A program made the translations under genes and the position numbers. A model generated the notes under the pieces. It was not told the origin of the DNA. It saw only the letters and a list, made by a program, of their open reading frames with translations, and made no database searches. Source: Amoebophrya sp. A120 (Eukaryota; Protista; Dinoflagellata). Taken from it: DNA of 64,000 nucleotides. The stretch is from the NCBI GenBank assembly GCA_905178155.1, contig CAJINV010000008.1:248001-312000 (forward strand), in the 5' to 3' direction. Of the stretch, positions 21,701 through 32,200 are shown piece after piece. Each line of letters opens with the position of its first letter. The first letter of the stretch is position 1.

Positions 21701-24092
21701 TCACGTGCTGCTTCATGTAGTCCTTCTTGTTGCCACTTGTCGTGCTGAAACTCTTCCGCACATCCTGCTCCTGCTCGTCCAGGTCCTGCACGAGCATGTT
21801 TGTTCTCTCGTCGCCGAGGACCTCCGCACTAGGGAGTACCAGGTCCCAGCGAAACGACGGACTCAGCGCCAGCTGCCGCAACCGGTCCTCCAGATCTTCG
21901 TAGTTCTCATTGGCACGCTTCTTCTTCGTCTTGTAGCAGAAGCCGGGGAAGGGGATGGCCTGCAGGTGGTCCTGGTCGGCTTTCTTCAGGAGCGCTTGGG
22001 AGCGGGCAATCACGTTTTCGATGCGTGGGGGGCAGTGCGCCGCGACGTCCTCTACATCACTGATAAACAACAGCAACGTCGCCCACTGCCGCACCAGATC
22101 TGCTAGGCTCTGCAGAAAGTGGTAGGTCGCAAAGGAACTGTTGTCGTTGTTCTCTGAATTAGATTCTACTTCGTCGTTCAGAAGAAGCTCCAACTGCGCG
22201 GCCTCGCTTTCCAGCGCGGCATTCTCGTCGAGCAGCGCGTCTGTTGGCGTCTTTCTGCGCATTCTTCTTTGCGCGCTGAGTCCGTCCGGAGTTGCGCGCT
22301 GGATGGCAGATGCGAAAAACTCCTGCACCTGTTCGACCACGGACAGTCGGCAGATGTTGTGATAAGCTGGCTTGGCCTGCTTCAGGGAGTGCCGATCCAG
22401 TTGCTCCACTAAGATGTCCTGCCAGAACTCCCAAATTTGCTGCGTGTGTGGATTGGTCGTGGTGCCAGCATTGCTATGTCCTCGACGTTGTTGACCGAGT
22501 TGGTTCACAAACGGCATGCGGCGCAGACATCGCTCCGCAAGAACCGGGACGACTATGTCTGGTCGCTTGAAGACCGTGTCAAAGAGCTGCTTTCCCCTTT
22601 GGTCAAGTGCTGCCTCGAGCCGCTGCCAGTGGCTTTTGTCCACCAACAGGCCGGCATAGTCACGCTGCGTCGCTTCCTCCAGTCGAGCGGGGAACGTGCT
22701 GCAGCTACTGCCCGCATTTGAAATCCCGCCCGGTGATAAGTCTACGTCCTCGGCATCCACATCTGTCTCTTGTCCACCAGCTGCCATCCGCAATTTTCTA
22801 CTGCTCAGCATCTGCGACGACGAGTGATCAATGTCTATTCGGGTGCGCCGGTCATCCGGTTGGTACAGAAGGTCGCACAAGGAAAGAATGTCCGCTGGCA
22901 GAACGCACTCCTTTCGTTCCAGTTCGATCTTGGCAGCCACTTTTGACAGAACGACAATTGGCAACTTATCTGCGGAAGGATCATCATTTTGCCTCGCTGC
23001 TCCTACACGACGATCCGAGGACGTGCCGGATGAGTCGGCTTCTGTGGACAAGAAAATGATGCGCCATAGCGCCATCAATAGACCGGCGTCTGTTCTAGTA
23101 CTGCTCCGATTCTTTCCGTTCTTTGCGCTGCTCCACAGGATGTCTTCATGATCCACAACATCTTCTTGCAACCCGGCTGTGTTGTAGTTGTCGCCGTCGT
23201 TCGGGATGTTCCAAGCAGCGTCTACCTGCGAAGAGGCTTCTCGCACAGCTCCAAGATTAACATCATGACCGACGAACAAAGGCAACTGCAACTCCCCCTC
23301 GAGTTTCCGGCGCACTTCCGTTCGTTTGACGTATCGGCCGGCGCATTCAGGGCAAACGCGTAGCGTCCCACGATCGAAAGTTGCCACCTCGCTCTTTGTC
23401 AGTGTGCCGCAGACTTCACAGCTGTACTTCCAAAGGGTGTAGTAGTCGACGAAAGAGTTACCCAAGCGCGACTTGGAATCATCCACGTCATCATCAACGT
23501 TTTCATCCTTCGCGGAGGTCTTCTTTTTCTTTTTCTTCTTCTTCCCGCTTGTCTCAAGCTGGATTGCATCGTTCTGCGGTAAAAGGTCGCTCCGCCGCTT
23601 GTTTTGGTACTGGTAGGCATCCACCTGATCGTTTCCGAAGGTTTCCGCCTGCGGGTGCTGACCTCCGAGCTTCTGCTTTTTCCTGTCTGCCCGTACGAGC
23701 CAGCGGGTGCGCTCCTTCGTGTCGAAGCGGTCGATCAAGTTTCTGTAGTGAAAGTGCTTCACTTCCGGCGCCAGGGGAACAGTGCAAATCACTGCACGCA
23801 CCTCCACGGGTCGCAGAAACGGGATAATGTGCAGGTGCCCGACCTCCTCGAGGACGCAGCGAAATTGCTTCTGCCGCTGCTGACTCCTCTGAATCAGTGT
23901 GGCGATCGGGGCATACTGACTGCTGTCGCTGCAGCCCGATTGCTTTCGGCATGATGACGTAGATGAAGGCTGGTGCCCAAGAAGTGGATTTGCTGCCTGC
24001 TCTCCGTTCTCTCCGTCACCTTTGGCCTCTAGCAACATAGTTTGGACGGGAGGAGCAGGTGCTCCGCTAGATTGAATCTCGCATTCTTCCAT
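18714..24092 (-). CDS. Large low-complexity protein (1792 aa) with an N-terminal F-box-like segment and a C4 zinc finger (XPA-like spacing)
   Basis: Uninterrupted ORF containing LHIIPFLRPVEVRAVICTV and CEVCGTLTKSEVATFDRGTLRVCPECAGRYVKRTEV. Domain calls are by eye. Confidence 0.7.
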   Translation of the reverse strand: MEECEIQSSGAPAPPVQTMLLEAKGDGENGEQAANPLLGHQPSSTSSCRKQSGCSDSSQYAPIATLIQRSQQRQKQFRCVLEEVGHLHIIPFLRPVEVRAVICTVPLAPEVKHFHYRNLIDRFDTKERTRWLVRADRKKQKLGGQHPQAETFGNDQVDAYQYQNKRRSDLLPQNDAIQLETSGKKKKKKKKTSAKDENVDDDVDDSKSRLGNSFVDYYTLWKYSCEVCGTLTKSEVATFDRGTLRVCPECAGRYVKRTEVRRKLEGELQLPLFVGHDVNLGAVREASSQVDAAWNIPNDGDNYNTAGLQEDVVDHEDILWSSAKNGKNRSSTRTDAGLLMALWRIIFLSTEADSSGTSSDRRVGAARQNDDPSADKLPIVVLSKVAAKIELERKECVLPADILSLCDLLYQPDDRRTRIDIDHSSSQMLSSRKLRMAAGGQETDVDAEDVDLSPGGISNAGSSCSTFPARLEEATQRDYAGLLVDKSHWQRLEAALDQRGKQLFDTVFKRPDIVVPVLAERCLRRMPFVNQLGQQRRGHSNAGTTTNPHTQQIWEFWQDILVEQLDRHSLKQAKPAYHNICRLSVVEQVQEFFASAIQRATPDGLSAQRRMRRKTPTDALLDENAALESEAAQLELLLNDEVESNSENNDNSSFATYHFLQSLADLVRQWATLLLFISDVEDVAAHCPPRIENVIARSQALLKKADQDHLQAIPFPGFCYKTKKKRANENYEDLEDRLRQLALSPSFRWDLVLPSAEVLGDERTNMLVQDLDEQEQDVRKSFSTTSGNKKDYMKQHVIHTLALLFRGTPLLSCPGRGTVAHTLKTIDVPPLGVYDPNLVTSSTDHEAMRVARYAKMFAGNKALQALMAQNCVLYTTSSGGGTTTLSSSSQYHQHRTPAMKIGGMTVVNNLGEQEDQRMTCTVGGATSVFPVGSSTNASFVDLEKIRTNALRKNRLALFVARLFWHEFEMQKLLEKRRRTVFLHVDYQLITTADGVGAASLFDGNNQSAIGRMGKRKKGPYDSSDEEDGDGDHFNSSGRKGAGIPRSDMIGGLFADGAGTTKEDERQQRLAQLKHLYHRLQISPVNHQRYRPIFSLRFVSEEKNRGSESKKNHADEDGGKSSRRHMASEDAEDGMANTCRVSETPASADVAPASQKNDVEPGPADDETAERILGLEDADIRETQQTQDEPAYIRGVAPNAPAAPDESDPSIRAKNSAEETGAAGCENDHSEEMLPRMQRKHLREQKALGRKSCPWLKTKQKITRETEGPELQDQCDAIQAEFDDNRRFIEEQLANDDKAAAKRRHEDDEELKQVLAQLDTIAEDVDLVAHEIQNKANAGRNGNVDVVVGDGAAGREDKPVVALQSSAAKDLEANVDVEDDKQKMHMGEMNQKASNSDDAPLDLDSFLTRYVYNSTTNAAHNSAPGRTSCSSQIAGNNQQARSAGIAPLLKRRRVVVTKKTKVDRSSAEFNSLDLVSAEVEQAHNSKSATASQSTISTKRPHFPPLTRVATSTTTALCRMTKSNGSWAGRKKPSAEQYFNTANASEANLPWLFGDDPMLALRWFSPVYRSGADEASAASAFGADGTAGATSCASALFGNVSASRGTAGLLHPPAAGGATYDGVMQPGSLTAIGSAFFTACQMSQSAALEQANNEDITATGAGDNFHRGTYDRASLTPAALDEDPLDQGRNINAASSGSGAAAASLQLHNSSANGGHHRSAALPRFGAGTHTHEDAASDLTLEAGRYTGKLVDVVWDVDPGYCMHQCYQQRFRNQYPQQYARLRQLAFQTRGIRF

Positions 24093-24854
24093 CTACGCTC
24101 CCTGGTCATGATGTTGACATGAATTTTCTTAAATTGTCGTGGTCGAGTCGCGGAAAAAAGAATAAGAAAAACAAAATAGAAAACGAAGTAGCCTGGATCC
24201 AACTTTTTACTTACGACTTACTAGAAGATACAACCCTCAATTTGATGAAATGAGTATGGGTATGTCTTTGTCTTACTTTTAGCTTCTTCGTGCTGTCTAA
24301 GAGTATCGTCGTGTCGCGTCGCTGTACAGAAAAAGTTGAAAAACTACATCATGGACATGGTCGAATACCGATATTATATTCATCTACAGAGGCAGAGCCA
24401 GAATTTGCTTGTTAGTTTTCTACCGGGATCATCATTGTTCACATTTCGAACGCGCGCCTTTGGATCATCAATTTCAACAAAGTGTGGATCTCATAAGGAA
24501 CTTTCCAAGTGAAACTTTTGACGAATCTGATTTTCAATCGCAATGAGTCTTTCCAACTACTTCACCGTGTCTCATGAAGAACAAGATCAATTCTCATCAC
24601 ATGTAGTGCTGTTATTTTGCTCGTCGGCGTCGGGATCTGATCAGTATCATTTTCCAACGAAAATAGATCACAAGTTCTTGTCACGACTGCGAGACCTCGA
24701 ACAGAAAAGAAGATATGAAAGTAGGTCTTCTCGTCGTAAAAGTACGTGACGAGCATAAGCAGCTTCGCTCGTCATGTTTTGCGTTTGTCTTTGTACATGC
24801 CTCTGTGTGGCTTGAGGAATAGAAAACAACTTACATCAAGGAGTAGCCCTACCC

Positions 24855-26284
24855 CTAGCGAGTATTTCTTCTGGTGCGATTGCTACTTGAAGATGCGTTT
24901 CTCGAGGTCGCTTTGCTTCCGTTTTCGACGTTTTGTCGCGCCGTCGAGCCAGTGCCATTTTTACTTTTGTCCGCCTGCTCTCCGCCCGAAGATGAAGACG
25001 AGGACGCTGCTTGCTCGGTCATCCGTGCGGAGAATTCGACAATTCTTTTCCAGAGCCACGCGGCCACTGCGGCCTGGAGCCGGGGGTTGCGCGCGACCAT
25101 CTGGAAGAGCATCATGCCCACGCTGCCCAGCACGCGCGTGGCCGCTAGCGCGATCCAGGGAAACCGGAACACCAGCAAAGAGGGCACCACGATTCCGAGG
25201 ACCAGCCCCTTGCGGCGTTTCGCCAAGTCCCAGAAGGGCTCGTAGCTTTGCTTGGCAATCGCCGTGTCGTAGCTGTTCTGCACGTCCTGCACCAGGGTAT
25301 CGTAGTACATCTGGAACCCGAACTCGTTGAACACCTGACGAAACATCGCGTAAGCAGCGTCCACGTCGGGCATGTCGTCGAACCCAGCAGAGGACCCGGG
25401 CTGCGACGGAGCGTCGTAGTTGCGGTCCTGATACCCGGAAGCGTCGTACCTGGTTAGAAACAAACAAAAATTGTATGTGCGTTAGAAGCGGTTCATTCAA
25501 TTTCGAAGACTAGAAGCTGCCTCATCAAGATGTCTTTGAGAAAGCGGTTTCTTTTCAGTATGCCTTAGTTTGTCTCGCGTGAAATAGAGCTTGAGCTTCT
25601 AGTACTTCTTATTCTTTATCGATCAAATACAGCGCTTTATCATCTTCAATACGAAGCTTTTTTCCTCGGGTCGCTTAGCACGGCGTATGCAGCGGACAGC
25701 TCCTGAAACTCCTTGGTCTTTGCCGTGCCATGCAGATCGGGATGACATTCCTTTGCTTTCTGGAAGTACGCCCGTTTGATCTCTTTTTCGTTTGACGGCG
25801 GCACCAGGCCCAGTCTCTCGTAGTGGGTCATCCAGCGGGCCTGGACCTGGCTGTGCTGGTAGTACAAGCCGGCAAGACGACGGCTGGGATCTCGTCGATT
25901 GCGAGGGAGCGCCAGTGATGGCGTCGGGGTTGGAGACGGTGGCGCGGTCGTGATCTGTTGTTGCAGAAGTACTGTTGGGCACATAGCAGACCTTCTGTTT
26001 GTTGACGTCCTCGTTCTCATTGTTCCAAGCCAACGCCTGGTCTGCTGCGGCGCTTCTGTACTTTTGCACGCTCTGCGTATGACTTCTTGGCCTCCGCGGA
26101 CGACTAAGTGGCTGCAGCCCTGCCTTCTCGAACTGAATGTAGAAGGTGCTAGATGCACTACAGCCCGACTGTCGACGGCTTTTCCCAAAATTGAGGTTAT
26201 GGAGCAGCATGTCGAGGTAAGTTGTCGACAGGTCGTAGGCACAGGGATCGCGTAGTTGCAGCACAGGGAACTGCTCATGCTCAT
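24855..26284 (-). CDS. DnaJ/J-domain co-chaperone with a C-terminal hydrophobic segment; GT-AG intron 25450-25652
   Basis: THYERLGL..EIKRAYFQKAKECHPD..FQELSAAYAVLSDPRKKAS|YDASG, followed by GLVLGIVVPSLLVFRFPWIALAA. Start codon uncertain. Confidence 0.85.
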
Positions 26285-26832
26285 CCTCGCGGAAGGAGTG
26301 GTAGTCGCAATCGATCTTGCTCGCAAAGAGCTCAACCATTGGCCATAGTCATATGGGTGAGTAAACAGCTTCGCTATCGTCCACAACGAAAAAAACTTCC
26401 TGATATTTTTGTTTTTCTACTAGATGATGTGGCACTCGCACTGCATAACTTGTTCGGGGAGCCGCAATATAAAAGCACGTCACGAAAAACCAGAATTACT
26501 CCGCGGTAAGGCGAGTCGTTGCCAAAAGCCCCCGCTGTTGTTGCTCATTCGGGTACCTTCTGGTATCTGAGCTTGTGCTAGTCAAAAATACATCGATGAC
26601 ATGAGATCATCTCCGGCTTGATTTGCGAAAGGCCCATGAACCGAATAAAAAGTCGCCGCACATTGCAAGAACGCGCTCTTTCGCTTCGTAGTTTGGCCTC
26701 GAGGAAGCGATCCGTATACCAAGCAAATGGATACGCATCATTGCGTTTCGGTCATTCTGCAGCCTTGACCGGATTGGCAAAAAAGTTCAAGTTTTCATTC
26801 TCTTTCTTACTCCTATTTTATCTGTGGCATCA

Positions 26833-28254
26833 TTATGTCGTGCTCTTGTTTGCAGCAATCGCTTCTCGGTAGTCGCTAAGTGTGTCGCAGGGGTATCGTT
26901 TCTGATTTGCGTCGATAAAGACTGCCCCTTCGTGCGGGGGAAAGGTCATAGCGCGGATAAAGCGCTCGACCTTTTCCTCCGCCCAATCGGGCTGAATTAC
27001 CCCGGAGTGCGGTAACTTCCGCCGGTGGTAGGATGGCTCCCCCACTTGATCAGCTCCTTCCGGTAGAGAATAAGAAACATCAGCCTTCTCCGCTGCAGCG
27101 GATGCAGTTTTTGACTCGAAGAACATTCGCAGCACGTTCAGAAAGCAAGCCTGGGTGACCGGTAGCAGGGCATCATACAGGCTCTTGCTGGTCTCTTGGT
27201 GAGTGAGCAGTAACTTCTCGACCGACAGGATTTTGCCGCGGTCAAATTTCTCCTCCATGTGGTGGCACGTAACACCGGTTTCCGTATCGCCATCGAAGAT
27301 GGCCCAAAAGCCCGTAAAACAGCCACGATGCTTCGTCGCTATGAAAGAGAAATACAGTGGTCGGAATTTTCTAGATCGACATAATCTTCGTGCCGCGGCC
27401 ACATTGACGTCAGTGAATACGAAGGTGAGAGAGTATTGGCTGCCCGAAAGCCAGCTGCATTGGAATTGAAATTACAATGAGCGTGTACAACGTAACAAAA
27501 AGGCGTCGAGTGCCTCGCGCTGTTGAACACAAACTAGGAACATCAGTGGACACATCGCTTATCGGGGCAGGATGCCATCCCCATCCGTGCCAAATGCACT
27601 ACAACTGTCTTTGCCTTTCATAAGCAGTAGACTCGGATGAAAGTTGACGCGGTAGGGTGCGAGGTGGAGGCAGTTGATGCGTTTCCGGTAGGAGACCGAC
27701 ATCATTAGATCAAAGTTGGCATTCCGGTTCTGCAGCAGCAAGGCTTCGCTCTTTTCGGGTGCGATGGAATCGGGAAACAAGTGGCACACATGCTGCCCTC
27801 CATGGAAATATAGGGTCTCAATCCTCTGCCCAGATGATGCTACCTTGTCAGCATCTGGAGCCCCCGTGGTGACAGTGCTCGTGGATGGTGCAGCACTACT
27901 GCCACTTCCGGTTGCTGTGCTGTTTGTCGTTTGCGTTCGCTCTTGCTCGACGAGGTCAGTTGCCGTCGTAAGGAACGCTACTTTATTTTCTCCGTCGGTG
28001 CTAGCTATGTTCGTGGTGCCTGAAGAACTTGCTCCAGGTTGTTCACCGCACAGCTCAGCCAGCTTAGTGTCCAATTGATTTTCGTCATCCTGTGCGGTAT
28101 GACTCACGATCGTAAGATCAAACTGCCCGGGATACTCCCGGAAGAGAACTTCCAGGCACTTGGTTGCTGCCTTCCCCCATCCAAAGAAAATGATCTGCGC
28201 TCGCTCGTTATTCCTGGCGGCCAACGCATCTTGTGCGGATCGCTGCTCGTCCAT
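26833..28254 (-). CDS. Short formyltransferase (Formyl_trans_N family; sugar N-formyltransferase-like), split by an inverted-repeat intron
   Basis: IIFFG, DLMMSVSYRKRI, VNFHPSLL|(P)KHRG, ETGVTCHHMEEKFDRGKI, RFIRAMTFPP. It lacks the C-terminal tRNA-binding domain of Met-tRNA formyltransferase. Confidence 0.85.
27336..27623 (-). mobile_element. Introner-type non-canonical intron (about 285-288 nt; imperfect terminal inverted repeat of about 19 nt)
   Basis: 5' end TTATGAAAGGCAAAGACAG vs 3' end reverse complement CTATGAAAGAGAAATACAG. Excision rebuilds the family motif HPSLLPKHRG; the exact junction is ambiguous by a few nt. Confidence 0.8.
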
Positions 28255-29255
28255 GGGCTTGGATGCAGTGCCACTGCCACCTGAGGACCTGCGCTAGACT
28301 TGGTAGATAACGAAGACGCAAACAGACAAACAATAATCGGATGACAGCCTACGCATCCATATTCGCTGTGGATTCGGACGTCATTCAGACTCTGAACGGT
28401 ATGCCTGTCTGTGGCTCGTCAGGGAGATCGACAGAGAAATACCAACATGAAAAACCTGCAATGAATATTGCAAAATTCACACACTAAAGGAAAAGTTGCC
28501 AAACCGTGTTTGTTGATTATAGATCGGTATTCATGGCCTGGAGCTGGACAAGGCAATGGCAAGTGCCACAGATCGATATTCACCCCTCTTCGTATCGTCT
28601 TGAATATTTATGGAAGGGCAGAACCATCAACATCAAGTCGCTGCGCAGACATCAAGAAACTGAACCTGATTGATCGCAACTACTTCTACTACTTGGAGGG
28701 AGGATAGAACAAGAGCTGCTCGTCCATGTCATCGCCATCGGGCGAGGTTTACAGTTACTCACTCAAAACCGGCACGCCACAAAGCGTCACTTTGCTGATG
28801 CTCGGAGTCGGACTGGGACTATTACTATACTCAATTTATACATTTTTGTCAAAACAAACGAAACATTGCCAGGGTCGCAAAACGTGATCATACAAACATA
28901 GCTCTACTTCTCCTGATGTGTTGGAGTACAACATCCCGTTGAAAATATTAAGTTCGCATATTAGTTTTCCTTTTCGTAATCGTATTGATTCATTCCTAGA
29001 TAAGCGGTCCGTCAAAAGTGGAAGCTCTGCTATACTATCGAGCCTTCGCTTGGTTGTGGTTCTGATTCCCATTCGGCTATAGTACTTAAAAATGTTTTTT
29101 TCAAAAAACTCTCCTGCCAACATTCTTTGATATAAACAAATTGTAACAACGCGTCGCTGTAAAAAACTTCATCTTGATCAGTTAGCACTCGTAGAGAGAG
29201 CGGCATCAAGTGACCAAGAACAAACAAGAACCCATACACAACATCCCTTCGTCGC

Positions 29256-32200
29256 TCATTTGACTCCAGACTTCCGCACCCAACCATCACGATCAGGGAC
29301 AACTTTGTGACCACCTCCCTTCACATACGGACCCGTGCTCCAATGATTCTCCACGCACCTTCGAAACTGATCCCGTTTGTAGCTCGGTACGTGATACTCT
29401 CGAAAGATCCCAGTCCCGCCACGCAGCTCATCCAGCGCGGAGGGACCGATGCGTCCCGGTGGTGGACCCATCGATTGATATCCCGATCTAGTCTGGCGAT
29501 CCTGTCGTCTGCTCGTTTCTGCTTCTCCCGCAGCCCTAAAATTATTTGCCGCGGTCGCTACTGGTACGGCGAAATCATGCATGCGTGCACCCGTTGCAAA
29601 CGCTGCTGATTCCTGTCCTCGGAGTGACAGAGCCCCACGCGGCTGGGCTCGAGCAGCAGGCAGCGTCGTGACTCCTGAGCTGGGAACCCTCGCGGCGAGG
29701 AAGCTCGTTGCAAAAGAGCTGGGTGCTGCAGAACAATTCACAAACGCCAGGTTGTCCGGTCTGGAAGAGCCGGAGGTGCCTTGTGCTGGAAAGGATGTGC
29801 TTCTTGTGAAAGTTTGTTGCTGCGGAGCGCGCGTTTCTTGCTGGTGTGCCTGCACAGGGCCGTTATTTCGGTCCTCTTTTGCGGCTTGACCATGCACCGC
29901 CGAAACATCCGGTCGTGGTAACTGATTATGTAAGAAGGGATCGGTTTGCTCTACTTGTTGAAGTTGTTCTGCACCTTGAGCTTGATTTTGCTCCACCGGC
30001 GGCATCATGTTGATCAGCTTTGATATGTCGGTCCGCTCCCCCACATGTCCATGTCCTGTTTGTGCGCCTGTAGCTGTACCACGCGAACGAATATCGATTT
30101 TTTCTTCTGTTCCACGTATCGCATCTTCTTTTTCTTCTTCTGCGATCTTCGCATCATGCTTCCCTTCCTTGTGGTCTTCTTCGCTGGGGCAGTCCAGAGC
30201 TTCCAGCCCCTGGCCCTGCACGATCATCGCAGACGCGGTCGCATTGGCATTCGCAATGACATCATTCCTGGCTGCTCCATTATTTTCCACCTGATCTCCA
30301 GCAGCTCTCTCAGGTGCCTTGTGCTGTATCCCTGGGTGCGATTGAAACAAGGATGAAGGCGGGGGAGCGGAAACGGCAGGTACTAGGCCTCCGCTCATGC
30401 TTAAATCCGGCTGCGGTGTGCTGGCTTTTGCTGTGGGCGTTGCGGAAGCGTTAAAGAAGCTGGGTTGAAGAAACGTTGGAACATCAATCGCGTCTACTAC
30501 ACCACGCGTGGGTTCTTGTAGCTGCTGCTTTTCCTGTATTTTTTGCTTCTTCACAGGCGGAAGGAACTCGTTGCAATCAGCTCCATCGTCCTTTTCAGCA
30601 GTTACTTCAGCCCCGTCGTGGCGTCGAGCAGAAGGAGATGGTGGCATCAACTTGTTGTCCTGTGCTTTCTCACTCTCGAATAGAGAAACAGCTGCTGGAG
30701 GTGCCACGTCAACGTCAATTTGTGGGTCGTCCCTGTTGTGGCATTTTGAGCCCTCGCCACGTTCTTGACCAAGATGATCCTTGTGGTCGTCCTGGATATC
30801 GCGTGCGCGCAGGAAAGCTTCGGCCTCCGCGCCCGTCAGGATCTGTGATTGCGAAAACAGATCATCCAGAACGGTGCGCTTTCGCTTCCCTTCTTCTTGC
30901 CCCAAAGCAGCTGCTGGCGCGTCCCGTGTCGCTCGGAGCGCTCGCCCGGAATTGCCTACTTCGGTTTGCCCGCAATTCGCCGTGCGTCCGCTTTGGTACG
31001 AAGGGTTTCCTGTGTCCTTCTTGTTGATTGAAGAACCGGCGAAAACGCGTAACAGATTGTCCCGGGCGGTTGTCAGCTGCACGAAGTCGGCGCCGCACGC
31101 CGGCGGTTGGACTCCTACAGATGAAGTGTGAGTGCTATGCTTGTCCGGGTGGTAACGAAGAGCCAGACTTCGATACGCTTTCTGGATTAGAGTCTTCATG
31201 TCGAAGGTCTGCGCTATCTCCTGCTGCTGCCCGTTATTTTCGCCTCGGTTAAGCGACTTATCGGAAAGTCCCAAAATCTGAAGATCGCGCTTCTGACTGT
31301 CGGTCAGCCGCGGTGCAACGTGGAAAAAATTCGCTTCCTGCTCCAGCGCTTGCCACATTCTCTGACTGTGACTGGTGGCATTTGCAGGCGAAGAGCTTTT
31401 GTTCGTCACGCCAGAAGGCTCGCCGTGTTCTTCGAACGCCGGAGTTTGATACTCGATCTGGTTTGGAAGAGGAAGACCGCTGTTGCCGGCGCTCTCCTGG
31501 TCGGCTTCTTGCTTCGTAGACACATTGTGTACAGCGTCAGCACCTTCTGGACCAACAACATGCGGTGCGACTTCGCTTTCCACAGGCGCGTTGCGCTTGC
31601 TTTGGAACTGGTCGTGCAAAAGATGCGCCTCGCTCGATGAATGTGCATGCAGTGTCTTCTTGTTCTGCATTTTTACCAGCACATTGCGTTTTCGTGTTGG
31701 GCGCGGCACATTTCGCGGGGCCGCGTCTCCCAACACGTGCCCGCAGCCCTCGTGGACTGCACGAGCAGAGTCGAGTTCCACGACTGATGTGTTCTTTTCT
31801 GCATTCGGATCATCGTTTTGCGCGTTTCCAGCGAAGTTGGCATCCTGGTTTACCATGTCGCCTACCGGTAATGGCAAACCAGTGCACCTTTTGGCTGCAG
31901 AGCAGCTAGACCCAGCGGGAAACTCGGAAAGGTTGAGAATGACAGCAGAGTCGTTCTGGGCCGCTGGGAATGTTGGCAAAGGTCGTGGACCAATATCGTC
32001 TACCCCTACAGTTCTGGGCGGGAGCGCGCCCCTCGGGAGGTCCTGCGGTTTCAACGACGTCCCATGTACTCTATGCCTCGCTTCTTGCTGCCCGACTTCA
32101 AATTCTTTCGTCTGGGAAAACACCACCTGTGTCGGCATGGCAAGGCAATCTTCGGCCCTCGACATCAGAGACGCAAACCACGAATCGTCAACGACGTCTT

